DNA of 64,000 nt from Candidatus Multivorans sp. (GTDB lineage: Bacteria; Acidobacteriota; Thermoanaerobaculia; Multivoradales; Multivoraceae). The notes beneath the pieces are model-generated. The model saw only the letters and a list, made by a program, of their open reading frames with translations. It ran no database searches and had not been told where the DNA came from. Location: positions 4,448,001 through 4,512,000 of the forward strand of contig OZ245033.1 of NCBI GenBank assembly GCA_965224025.1, written 5' to 3'. Made by a program: the position numbers and the translations under genes. Shown one piece after another: positions 48,507 to 60,859 of this stretch. Position 1 is the first letter of the stretch. Every line of letters starts with the position of its first letter.

Positions 48507-48542
48507 GTCCCAACTAGGGGCACCACGCTGCCGCGCGAGCGG

Positions 48543-48959
48543 TCAGGCGCCTTCGCCCGCCAAACGCAGTTCGTAGGGGTTCGTTACCGACAGGCCGCCC
48601 AGTGCCGCGAGCATCTCAAGAGGGTCGTCGGAGTTGATGCCCTTCATGGCTTCCTGGACGTCCTTCCGGCTGGTTGGCGGTTTCCGCACTTCAAAGAAGG
48701 GCCACAGGACCACACTCTTGTAGTTGCGGTCCTTCTTCGGGAACGCTGAGATCGGCGGCCCCGTGTACTCGGGCTCATAGCGAAAGACGAACGCACCATC
48801 TTCGCAAGACAGTTCCCCGATCAGCTCCCGCCCGTGCGCCCTGCTCCGCCGGACGACCTGAAGCCTCTTCCCCGTCGACTCGGGTGGCGCGACGCGCTGG
48901 CGACGAATCCCTGAAGCCCGAAGTAGTTGGTCCAAGGCCCTTTGAACTGACTTGCTCAT
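48543..48959 (-). CDS. HipA N-terminal-domain (HipS-like) protein
   Basis: IGEL...FVFRY...ISAFP...Y.S..LWPFF..R.P...DPLEMLA.LG; ATGA overlap with the kinase gene. Confidence 0.75.
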   Translation of the reverse strand: MSKSVQRALDQLLRASGIRRQRVAPPESTGKRLQVVRRSRAHGRELIGELSCEDGAFVFRYEPEYTGPPISAFPKKDRNYKSVVLWPFFEVRKPPTSRKDVQEAMKGINSDDPLEMLAALGGLSVTNPYELRLAGEGA

Positions 48960-49993
48960 GGCCGATCCTCCTCACGCAGCCGGCGAATCCGAAACTCCAG
49001 CAGGTCCACGATGAGCCTCAGGCGTCGTTGGGTGATGATGCGCCGGAAGCGTCGCTGCAGCATCCTCTCGATCGTCGGAACGGACACCGCGTCGAAGACG
49101 GCCCGCATCGCCGGGAAGAGATCCGGGTGTTCCCGCGCGATTCCCGTCACAAGTCCGAAGTGATTCTGGCTCACCGCTCCTCCCACCGAGAGAATCGGCC
49201 GCGAACGAAGAGCATACCGTTCGACGAACCCCTGTCCCTGACGCTCCGCTTGCCGGGCCAAGTCGGCATCGGAGTGATTGACGAAGAGACCCCGGGCCGT
49301 GTCGAAGATCGGCGCGAATCGCACAGGAGCGCCGCCCGGGTCGAGGGACTCCAGGACTCCCCAGTTCATGCCGTGGCGATCCGGTGCTCCGACGAACGCA
49401 TCGAACGCGAGCATCTTGACGAAGTCCACCGCAAGCGCGCCCGAGTCCTCGCCATAGAGCGCCTTCAGAATCGTCAGCATGTTCCCCACCGTGTAGAACT
49501 GTCGCTCCTCCTTCCGGTCGGCAAGCCCAAAGGTGGCGGCCACCTCCTCCTGTGTCGAGTCGAAGTAGGCAGCGGCAAGCTCGATGCCATGGCGCAGCGC
49601 CTCGTGTTCGACGTGCACGAAGTCGCGAGAGAGAAACCGCACGTCGTCCTTCGCCACCCGAACGAGCCGCGACCGGGCCATCCGCACCGGGAGCATCGCC
49701 CCAACCTTCGAGATGATCTCCTCCGTGACGCACTCGCGAGCGTCAGCCTGGAACCGCCCCTTCTTCGCGATGTAGCCGCAATCACCAAGTGATGGGCTGT
49801 GACGACCCGCTGTCCTTCCAACCACGCGCGGAGCACCGTATGCCAGGTAGTCCTTCGGCACCGTGCCGATCAGGGACACCTCGCCGAAGGGAACAAGCCT
49901 CCAGCCGCCAGGCTTCAGGAGAGGAATGGCCCGGACGTTCACCTCCGCCCGGCTCGGCGTGGTGGTGAAGCGGTCCCTGCGCCGCCATGCCAC
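48956..49993 (-). CDS. HipA-family Ser/Thr kinase (HipT/CtkA-like, no N-terminal coupling domain)
   Basis: YIAK, ECVTE, FDAFVGAPDRHGMNWG and FAPIFDTARGL. Confidence 0.85.
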   Translation of the reverse strand: MAWRRRDRFTTTPSRAEVNVRAIPLLKPGGWRLVPFGEVSLIGTVPKDYLAYGAPRVVGRTAGRHSPSLGDCGYIAKKGRFQADARECVTEEIISKVGAMLPVRMARSRLVRVAKDDVRFLSRDFVHVEHEALRHGIELAAAYFDSTQEEVAATFGLADRKEERQFYTVGNMLTILKALYGEDSGALAVDFVKMLAFDAFVGAPDRHGMNWGVLESLDPGGAPVRFAPIFDTARGLFVNHSDADLARQAERQGQGFVERYALRSRPILSVGGAVSQNHFGLVTGIAREHPDLFPAMRAVFDAVSVPTIERMLQRRFRRIITQRRLRLIVDLLEFRIRRLREEDRP

Positions 49994-50020
49994 GGCCCCT
50001 CTCGCCTGCTCTTGCCGCCG

Positions 50021-50992
50021 CTACTCGACCCGCGACAACAACCACCACTTCATCGTCGTCGCGACGAGGTCGGCCGCGTCCTCCTGCACGAAGTGGTTCG
50101 CGCCCGGCACGGTGACCAGGGTCAGGTCGCTGTCCAGCCAGTCCCAGGTGTTGTTCAGGCCGTCCGAGTGGAGCGCCGTGTCGTCCAGGCCATGGAACTG
50201 GAGCACCGGCATGCCCAGACGGGGCAACTCCTGTCCCGGCGCCTGGCCGATGCCGCCACCACCTTCGCGCGGGTAGTTCTGCTTGTAGTAGGCGAGCATC
50301 GCGTCGAAGTCGGAGCGTTCGAAGGCGGCTTCGTAGTGCTTCTTCGCCTCGGGATCCTGCACCCAGAACGCGAGGGTCTGCGGGTTCATCGGCATACCGA
50401 ACAGGATGTCCGGGTCGCTGGCGCTGCCTTCCTGGAACTTGCGGGCGTAGCCGCTGTTCGCCTGCTGCTCCTGGTTGTTCGCCAGTTCCCGGGCCATGCC
50501 GTTCGGATGCGGCAGGTTCAGGATGATCAGCCGCTCCGTCATCTGGGGCACATGAAACGCGAATTGCCAGGCGACCGCGCCGCCCCAGTCGTGCCCGACG
50601 ATCGTCGCCTTGTCGCGGCCCAGGTGCCGGATCACCGCCGCCACGTCGCCGACCAGGTAGCGCATGTCGTAGTTCTCTTCGCCGTCGGGCGAGTCGCTCT
50701 TGTTGTAGCCGCGCTGGTCGATCGCGACGACCTGGAAGTCGCTCGACAGCGCCTCCATCTGGTGGCGCCACGAGTACCAGAAGTCCGGGAAGCCGTGGAT
50801 CATGACGACCAGGGGACCCTCGCCGATCGTGGCGTAGTGGATCTTCACGCCGTCGGAATCGGCGTAGCCGTGCTCCACGCGGTCCATCAGGTCACTGCCC
50901 ATCGCCGCTCCCCCGGTCATCGCCAGCAGTAGAACGGAGACGGCAACAACCAGCCACCCCCTCCAGGTCGTCGTGTCGGCCAGTCGTTTCAT
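50021..50992 (-). CDS. Secreted alpha/beta hydrolase (epoxide hydrolase-like)
   Basis: [25 protein letters not shown] and HFVQ. Confidence 0.92.
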   Translation of the reverse strand: MKRLADTTTWRGWLVVAVSVLLLAMTGGAAMGSDLMDRVEHGYADSDGVKIHYATIGEGPLVVMIHGFPDFWYSWRHQMEALSSDFQVVAIDQRGYNKSDSPDGEENYDMRYLVGDVAAVIRHLGRDKATIVGHDWGGAVAWQFAFHVPQMTERLIILNLPHPNGMARELANNQEQQANSGYARKFQEGSASDPDILFGMPMNPQTLAFWVQDPEAKKHYEAAFERSDFDAMLAYYKQNYPREGGGGIGQAPGQELPRLGMPVLQFHGLDDTALHSDGLNNTWDWLDSDLTLVTVPGANHFVQEDAADLVATTMKWWLLSRVE

Positions 50993-51118
50993 GCTCGTTC
51001 TCCTCAGCTCATCGATGTCGTTGCCGTCGCGTCATTGTACGCGCGTGCTCCCTCGTCGTTGCACTCGGCCAGTTCCATCCGCGTCGACGAAGCGGGTCCG
51101 CTGCGAATGCTCCCAGGT

Positions 51119-53182
<2,064 letters not shown>

Positions 53183-53226
53183 TCGACTCCTCCCGCTCAG
53201 TCGCTCACGCGTTGACGTAGACCTGC

Positions 53227-54219
53227 TCAGGCGTTGACGTCGATGACCACCCTGCCACGGGTCTGACCCGCCAGGATCGACGCCGCCAGTTCCTCGATCC
53301 TGCTCATCGGCTCGACCGACGTCATCTCGGACAACAGGTCGGCCGGAAGCTCCGCCGCCAGCCGGCGCCATGCCTCCCGGCGCAGCTCCATCGGCGCCAT
53401 CACGGAGTCGACGCCAGCGAGAACGACGCCGCGCAGAATGAAGGGGTAGACGCTCGACGGCAGGTCCATGCCGCCGGCCAGTCCGCAGGCGGCAACGCAG
53501 CCGCCGTAGCGGGTCTGGGCGATCAGGTTCGCCAGCGTCGCCGAGCCGACGACGTCGACCGCGCCGGCCCAGTTCTCCCGGCCGATCGGCCGCGGCTTGG
53601 CGGCCAGCGTGTCGCGGGCGATGACGTCGGCCGCACCCAGACTGCTCAGGTAGTCGTGTTCCGCCTCGCGCCCCGTGGAGGCGATCACCCGGTAGCCGGC
53701 CCGGGCCAGCAGGGCCACCGCCACCGAGCCCACGCCACCGGCGGCGCCGGTCACCACGACGTCGCCGCTCTCCGGCGTCACACCGTGATCCCGCAGCGCC
53801 ATGACGCACAGCATCGCCGTGTACCCGGCCGTTCCGATCGCCATCGCCTGCTGGTTGGTGAAGGCGTCCGGCACCGGGACCAGCCATTCCGACTTCATCC
53901 GCGCCCGCTGCGAGTAGCCGCCCCAGTGGCTCTCGCTCAGCCCGTAGCCGTTGACCAGCACCCGGTCGCCCGGCGAGAACGAATCCGAATCGGACTCGGC
54001 CACTGTTCCCGCCAGATCGATGCCGCAGACCATCGGCACCGACCGGCAGATCGGCGCGGCGCCCGTGATCGCCAGCCCGTCTTTGTAGTTCAGGGTGGAG
54101 TACTCGACATCAACCAGCACGTCGTGCTCGGGCAGGTCGGCCAGCGTCAGGTCACGCAGGCCGGCGGTGTGCTGGTCGTCGACCCTGTCGACGACGACCG
54201 CTCGAAAGGTGTCGCTCAT
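53227..54219 (-). CDS. acuI: Acryloyl-CoA reductase / YhdH-family MDR oxidoreductase
   Basis: YSTLNYKDGL, AMAIGTAGYTAML, VTGAAGGVGS and PFILRGV.L.GVDSV. Confidence 0.88.
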   Translation of the reverse strand: MSDTFRAVVVDRVDDQHTAGLRDLTLADLPEHDVLVDVEYSTLNYKDGLAITGAAPICRSVPMVCGIDLAGTVAESDSDSFSPGDRVLVNGYGLSESHWGGYSQRARMKSEWLVPVPDAFTNQQAMAIGTAGYTAMLCVMALRDHGVTPESGDVVVTGAAGGVGSVAVALLARAGYRVIASTGREAEHDYLSSLGAADVIARDTLAAKPRPIGRENWAGAVDVVGSATLANLIAQTRYGGCVAACGLAGGMDLPSSVYPFILRGVVLAGVDSVMAPMELRREAWRRLAAELPADLLSEMTSVEPMSRIEELAASILAGQTRGRVVIDVNA

Positions 54220-54278
54220 TCTCGGAATGTCCCTCGGTTGTGGGTTCAGGTAGCCGCGAGGGTTCTATCATTCCGGGT

Positions 54279-55631
54279 ATGAGATTCCCGAAGCCGTTTC
54301 ACCTGCTCCTCACCGCCCTGCTCATTCTCGCTGCGCCCTCCGCAGGCCCGGCCGGCGCCAGCGAGCGGGCGCGCATGGCGCCCGCAACCGGCGACCCGTC
54401 CGACACCTGGCCGCGCTGGCGCGGACCGAGCGGCCAGGGCGACGTCACGGGCAGCGGCTACGTCGACCGCTGGGGGCCTGACGAGAACGTGCGCTGGAAG
54501 GTTCCGGTACCGGGCAGCGGCAACTCCTCGCCGATCGTCTGGGGCGATGCGCTGTTCCTGACCACCGCCGAGGCGGCCGGCGCCAAGCGCTCGGTGCTCG
54601 CCTTCGACCGGGCAACTGGTGAGCGGCTCTGGACCACCGCGGCGCCCAACGCGAACCCCGAACGCGCCTATCCCAAGAACGGACACGCCTCCTCGACCCC
54701 GACAACCGACGGCGAGCGGGTCTACGCCTACTTCGGCAACCACGGCCTGCTGGCGCTCGACATGGACGGGAAGATGGTCTGGCACAAGTCGTTCGGTGAG
54801 TTGAACGCCTTTCATGGCACCGCCTCGTCACCCCTGCTGCTAGGCGACAGGCTGATCCTCGTCCAGGAGCAGCAGCGTTCCGCGTCCTTCATCGCCGCCT
54901 TCGACCGCCGCACGGGCGAAGAGCTGTGGCGTACGGAGCGGGACACCCAGGTCGGCTGGAGTTCGCCTGCCGCCGTCTCCGTGACCACCGACGACGGGGA
55001 AGAGCGCGACGAGATCGTCGTCAACAGCCAGCACCACGTGATCGCCTACGCGCCGGAGGACGGCCGGGAGCTGTGGCGAGCCGGCGGCACCACTTTCGAG
55101 GTCATCCCAAGCCCCGTCGTCGGCCACGACCTGCTGTTCAGCACCTCGGGCCGCGCCGGCCCGACCCTGGCGATCCGCCCCGGCGGCGACGGCGACGTGA
55201 CGGACAGCCGCATCGTCTGGACCGCGGCCAAGGGTTCGCCCTTCGTCGTCGCGCCGATGCTGGTCGGCGACTACCTCTACATGGTCAACGACATGGCGAG
55301 CGTGATCACCGTCTACGAGGCGAAGACCGGCGAAGTCGTCTGGCAGGAACGCCTCGGCGAACGGATGCGCGAGGGATTCTCCGCCGCGCCGGTCGCCTTC
55401 GACGGCAAGATCTTCTTCACCAACGACAACGGCGAGACCTTCGTGATCAAGGAGGGGCCGGACTTCGAGCTTCTCCACGTCAACCGCATCGGCGAACGGA
55501 CGATCGCCTCGCCCGCCCTGGTCGGCGGCGTCTGGTACATCCGCACCGGCGGTCACCTTTGGGCGATCGCGGGCGAAGGCGCGGAACAGCTACGGCCTTT
55601 CCAGGCTCAGGGACACCCAAGCGACCGCTGA
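54279..55631 (+). CDS. PQQ-like beta-propeller (BamB-like) secreted protein
   Basis: WPRWRGP, GNSSPIVWGD, ASSTPTTDG, SSP repeats and HLWAI. Confidence 0.9.
   Translation: MRFPKPFHLLLTALLILAAPSAGPAGASERARMAPATGDPSDTWPRWRGPSGQGDVTGSGYVDRWGPDENVRWKVPVPGSGNSSPIVWGDALFLTTAEAAGAKRSVLAFDRATGERLWTTAAPNANPERAYPKNGHASSTPTTDGERVYAYFGNHGLLALDMDGKMVWHKSFGELNAFHGTASSPLLLGDRLILVQEQQRSASFIAAFDRRTGEELWRTERDTQVGWSSPAAVSVTTDDGEERDEIVVNSQHHVIAYAPEDGRELWRAGGTTFEVIPSPVVGHDLLFSTSGRAGPTLAIRPGGDGDVTDSRIVWTAAKGSPFVVAPMLVGDYLYMVNDMASVITVYEAKTGEVVWQERLGERMREGFSAAPVAFDGKIFFTNDNGETFVIKEGPDFELLHVNRIGERTIASPALVGGVWYIRTGGHLWAIAGEGAEQLRPFQAQGHPSDR
55378..55567 (+). repeat. 3' segment of the propeller gene, duplicated at 59833-60004
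   Basis: TCTCCGCCGCGCCGGT...TTCACCAA...CTCCACGTCAACCG.ATCGGCGAACGGACGAT...TGGGCGAT is present in both copies. Confidence 0.85.
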
Positions 55632-56014
55632 ACCCGCGCCCACCTCTACAAGGTAGCCACGGTTCGGCACCGAAGTGCTTTGGTCGCCGCTATGGCCCCT
55701 TCAGCTTCGCCCCTCAGTTCGTAGGTCAGCCCGCCACGGCACGTCCCTCTGTACCGGCGTTGACGCCCAAGCGCCGGAGATGACCTTCCTGTGACGAATC
55801 GGTAACTGACTAGCTTCACGCTACGGATCTTGATCACTGTGGCGGGGGCCCTGCTTTCACGGTCGACCCAGAAACAGGAGACATCAGCTTCAACCACGAC
55901 GGCTACGTGTACATCCTCTCCTGCATGTGAGCTACACTGTCACGCCGGGTTGGACAACCGTCACAATGGCGCACCGGCAAGGGCTTCACGCCCCCGTCAT
56001 AGCCCCCGCGCCGT

Positions 56015-59000
56015 ATGTGGTTGACTGGCAACCGCCAGCGCAGCGTAGTTCCTGGCGCGAACTGGACTCTAATGAGGCTTTGTAGGCTACACATCCTTTT
56101 ACGAACCACGCTTCTTGCGGCGTTCTTTGTCGCCTATGGCTCTCCGGTGAAAGGAGAGGGCGAGTTCACCGTGCGATTGGCCGAAAGGCTTGGTGCCGGC
56201 GGCGCTAGCAGCATGGTTTCGCTCTACGAACCGTGTGCGTCCTACGACTGCGGCGTCGAACTCCTCACCGGCATGCCGAAGCTCCGGCCTGAATTCAGGA
56301 GGCCCTTCGAAGCCGGTCGACTGTTTCGCGGAGTAGCGCCCGAGGGAGATATTTGGTGGGTGGTCGTCGAAAGCCAGGGTCATATGCCGATGGCGTTGCT
56401 ATGGCGGCCGCCCGTGGCAGTCGGTGATTTACCACCCGCGCCGGTGGTCAGCGCTGCGATGTGCTCCATCGATGTGCGCGACGGCGACGGTCGCGCCATC
56501 GAAGGCGCGATAGCTCTTCCCCGTGGCGTTGGCGTGCCGACGGAGTCACGCCCTTCTCTGTTCAACGACTGGCGCCCGTGGTCCCCGCCTTCCGTGGCGA
56601 ACGAACAAGGCAGGATCGTACTCCGGGTTCCATCCGAAGCCAGCCTGCCGTTCCTGGTGGGTGCGCGAGACCACGGATTCAAGAGAGGGATTTGCTCACG
56701 GGACAGCCACTCAACTGTCGTACTCCCGAAACGGCAGACCCGCATGCTTGAAGTGTTCACAACGGAGGGCGAGCCCTTGGCGGCTGCGCTGGCCAGATCT
56801 GCGGACGGTTGGCCCTTGGCAGTCACCGATGAAGACGGGCGCCTTGAGCTGCCGACAGCCGAGAAAGGCCTGGTCGAGAGCAGCGGGCCGAGCCTAAGCG
56901 GGCTCTGGTTCGAAACCACTGCCGGCGCCGTTTACGACGTCACCGGTCAGCGTGCAGATCGGGTTTCTGTGGCGTCCGTCTCCAACACCTACCAAGGTAC
57001 GATCTATCTTGTGCCCATCCCGCCGGAGTTCGTGGCGAGTCGCGCCTCGGTGTCTGGCACTTCCGATGTCCAGTATTGGCGCCAGCGAAGTCCGCCGTGG
57101 CCCGCTGTAGACCAGCGAGCCGCATCTCCGCTAAGGCAGGCAACGAACGGTCAGTACCGCGAAGTGCTTCTACCGGAGGAGGCTCTCTGGTTTTCCGCTC
57201 CGGGCCGCGCATACGAGTACTGCCGGGCAAAATCCCTTGACAACAACGGCCCCCGACGAGAGACCAAAGACGGTGCACCATGCCCGCAGATGTTGCCGGC
57301 GCGCTCTGTGAACGGAAGGGTCGTGGACGACGCGGGCGCTCCGATACCCGATGCAGAGATTCTCCTAGACTGGACTCAAGGAACCACGGCCGGCACTCCC
57401 ACAGTGATTGAGGGCATGGCCATGGGTTCTCCAACTGCGTCGCTGCTGCTCCTTCGCTCCGGAGCGAACGGCAGCTTCCACAGCGACCGGGTGGGCGTTC
57501 GGGTCACAGCAGCAAGACCGTTCAGGGACTTTGCGGGCATCAGGGTTAGGGGCGAGGGCTACCTCCCAGTGACATGGGGAAACATCCAGCGCTTCGAGAA
57601 AGGCCCCGGCCGCTATGAAGTTCCCCTTCAGCGGGGCGTTCCGGTCACTGGACGGATACTGGATCCACGGACGGATACACCGATAGAAGGTGCGGAGATC
57701 GCTCTGGGACGCTTCGCGTCCTCCGGCTACACCCTCGCGCTTGGACCGTTGGACCGAGAGTACAGCCCCTATGGGAACGCCGTCCGATTCACTCGAACCG
57801 TTGCGGACGGCTCCTTTAGACTCATGAGCTGGCTTGGCCAATGGGATCTTCTGGTCCGAGCAGCGGGTCGGGTTCAACACCAAGTCAAAGGCTTTGAACT
57901 GGGACCCCAGGGACTCGATCTCGGCATCATTCGGCTTGAACGGGGCTTCGAGATCGAGGGCATCGTCCACGACGGCTCGCGGAACCCTATACCGTCGGCT
58001 CGAGTTGAAGTGGCCGGTATTCGAACCGAAGGTGCGTTCGGTCGCGATCGATCCGGCCCCGACCGACGCTTCAACGAAGCGGCGATCGTAGTGAGCGCTC
58101 AAGATGGCCGTTTCGTCGCTACGGGCTTGGCGGAAGACTCATATGTGAATCTACGCGTACGGGCAAGCGGCTTCGCGGAGAAGATCGTCGAGAAACGGTC
58201 GCCGACGACAACGCGACTCTTGGAAATCGCACTCGAACCGGAGGCTGTGATCGCGGGGAGGGTGACCCTCGACGGTGGTCCAGTTTCCGGGCGTGTCAGG
58301 CTCTTCGAGCCACGAAGGCCGTTCCCGATTCGATCGCTTGACGTCGACGAAGACGGCGAGTTCGAGTTTGCCGGTGTCGGAGCTAACCGATACAGCCTCG
58401 AAGTCAAGGTAGGGCGACCTGACATCGAGCCTTGGCGATCGGCGGTCGAAGCAAGAGCGGGGCACGTGACAGAGGTCGCCGTCACGTTGGAGGCGAAGCC
58501 GGGGGATCGGACCTTGTTCGGAACGGTCGCAGAGAAGGGAATAGGCGTGCCCAACGTTGAAGTACGCGCCAGCGGCTTGAGAACCGTGACGGACGGAAGT
58601 GGTCGCTACGAAATCCACGGCCTGCGGCCTGGTTTTCACAGCGTTGCCGCGGACCGCGGCAACGAATCGTCTCCCTCGATTGAATCAGTGCGAATCCGCG
58701 ACCGCACGGCGCGGCTCGACTTTGACTTCAGCGAGGCTCGAACCCAAGGAACCGCGTACTGGAGTGACAACTCCCCGGTCGCATTGACGAAGTTGCGGTT
58801 CTTCGGCGGCCGTCCGGTAGTGATAGTGGAGACCGATGCCGGCGGCACATTCGATGTGTATCTAGAACACGGGCAGTACATCGTGTCCACGGTCCCCGAC
58901 GACGGCGACCCTGTGGCCAGTCGGCAACGTCTGAACGTCACGGGACCGGAATCCGACCTCCGGATTGTCTTCGGTCGTCAGAGGATCGCGGGCAGTGTGG

Positions 59001-59728
59001 TGGGACTGACCAAGCAGGAACTGGGACGCCTTAGAGTCGAAGCAGTGAACCTGGACGACCTAGACACCCGCCCGGCCAAGGTCGACTCGTCGGGGCACTA
59101 CGTCATTGAGCGCATCGACAGTGGGCGCTGGAACGTGGTCGGGACCGTTGGCGCTGCGGAGCGGCGCGCCTCACGGGAGGTACTAGTGGGCCGGGACCAC
59201 GTCGAGGTCAACCTAGAGTTCAAACGTCTTCTTGGCCTCAGTGGAGTTGTACGGCTGGACGGCATACCGCTCAACTCAACGCGAGTCATCCTAGCGAAGG
59301 ATCTCGTCTGGGCAGAAATGCGACAAACATGGACGGTGGATGACGGGAGCTTCCACTTCAGCGACCTTGAACGGGGACACTACAGAATCGGCGTTGGCGC
59401 CAGCATCCGCGACGCTCGGCTCAGCAGCGACGAGCACATGGTGATCGACCTCGGTAGCGGGTGAATCCGCGGTATGGTCCTGGACCCAGAGACATCGGTG
59501 CCGAAGGCAGGCGCCCGGGTGCGTCTCTGGCCCGCTTTGGCCACGCAGTCAGAGGCGACCCAACTCGGCGTGATCTTGCAGACCTTCACCGACACAGCCG
59601 GCGAGTTCGCGTTCGATCAAGTGCCTGAAGGAGAGTGGGCGGTGGAGAGCCTGGAGATCCCAGGTTCGCGTGTAACCGTGCAAGTCGCGCCTGGTGCCTT
59701 GGCAACGGTGCTGTTGCCAAGACCGTGA
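56015..59728 (+). CDS. Large protein with repeated carboxypeptidase-regulatory-like domains, interrupted by an in-frame TGA at 59462-59464
   Basis: Repeated G.V.D..G.PI..A.V / TD.DG.F units. The frame continues after the TGA (SG*IRGMVLDPET) to 59728. Start uncertain; visibly lower GC. Confidence 0.75.
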
Positions 59729-59832
59729 GCAAGGCTCCCTACTACGGCCGCAGCCGGTGAGGCACTCGTGTCACCTCGACGACGCAACCGCGGTTCGGCA
59801 ACGAGGCGGCTACCCGATCGCGGAGACGGCCG

Positions 59833-60004
59833 TCTCCGCCGCGCCGGTGGCCACAGACGGCGAGATTCCTTCACCAAGGAAGGACCGAACTTCGAGATCC
59901 TCCACGTCAACCGGATCGGCGAACGGACGATTGCCTCGGCCGCCCTCGTCGGGGGCGTCTGGCACATCCGCACCGACGGGCATCTGTGGGCGATAGGAGG
60001 CTAG
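59833..60004 (+). pseudogene. Degenerate duplicate 3' end of the beta-propeller gene
   Basis: Encodes KEGPNFEILHVNRIGERTIASAALVGGVWHIRTDGHLWAIGG*, with an internal deletion of about 27 nt relative to copy 1. Confidence 0.8.
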
Positions 60005-60006
60005 GG

Positions 60007-60762
60007 CTAGGGCTTCAGCCGGCGGTGGACCCTGGCGACGTCGACCATGTAGCCACGGTTCGGTAGCGCGGCGGCGCGCTCGATCGCGGCGGCGGCCTTC
60101 TCCACTTCACCGATCAGCTCGTAGTAGAGCCCGAGGTACAGGTCGGCGTAGAAGCGTGCACCCACGCCTTCCGCCGTTGCCGCAGCCTCGACCTCATCGA
60201 CCAAACCTTCGCCCCGGAACAGAGCGTCGATCTCCTTCATCGGGCGGCGAGCATCCGGGCCTACCGGCAGCATCGCCCCCCGCGCGGTCTCCAGGCCGTC
60301 CTCGGCGGCCACGCAGAGCAGGTGCCAGACCGCGTTCTCGACATCGTTCGGGTTGACCAGCCGGTGGCGCTCGAACTGGCCACGGCAGTCATCGAAGCGT
60401 CCGGCGTAGTAGTACGAGATGCCGCGTTGCCACAGGTAAGGATCCTGGGACGGCTCAAGGTCGACGACCTGGTCGAAGTCCTCGATCGAGGCCTCGATCC
60501 GGCCGGCCTTGAAGCGCGCCGAGCCGCGCAGCAGGTAGAGCCGCCAGTCGCGCGGCTCGACTGCGAGCGCCCGGTCGTAGCCGGCGATGGCCGCCTCGTA
60601 CTCGCCCCGGGACTCGTGAAGGCTCGCCTGGCGGACGAGCATGGAGGCGCTGGGCTCGGCGTGGTGTCCGGCTGGCTGCTGGCCGAAGCCGCCCGTCGCA
60701 GTGGCGAGCAGAAACGCGGCCGTCAGCGCCGAGACGAGGTGGAGGGCTGTGGTGCGCCTCAT
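60007..60762 (-). CDS. TPR protein (NlpI-like)
   Basis: Signal peptide; TPR helices, PYLWQRGISYYY, NPNDVENAVWH and FYADLYLGLYYE. Confidence 0.85.
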   Translation of the reverse strand: MRRTTALHLVSALTAAFLLATATGGFGQQPAGHHAEPSASMLVRQASLHESRGEYEAAIAGYDRALAVEPRDWRLYLLRGSARFKAGRIEASIEDFDQVVDLEPSQDPYLWQRGISYYYAGRFDDCRGQFERHRLVNPNDVENAVWHLLCVAAEDGLETARGAMLPVGPDARRPMKEIDALFRGEGLVDEVEAAATAEGVGARFYADLYLGLYYELIGEVEKAAAAIERAAALPNRGYMVDVARVHRRLKP

Positions 60763-60859
60763 CGATGGGACTCTACCGGGCGAGGGAATCCGGCTACACT
60801 TCGCGCGTTTCGGCTACAGCCACATCACGACAAGACGACGATAGGGAAGGGAATCCACC

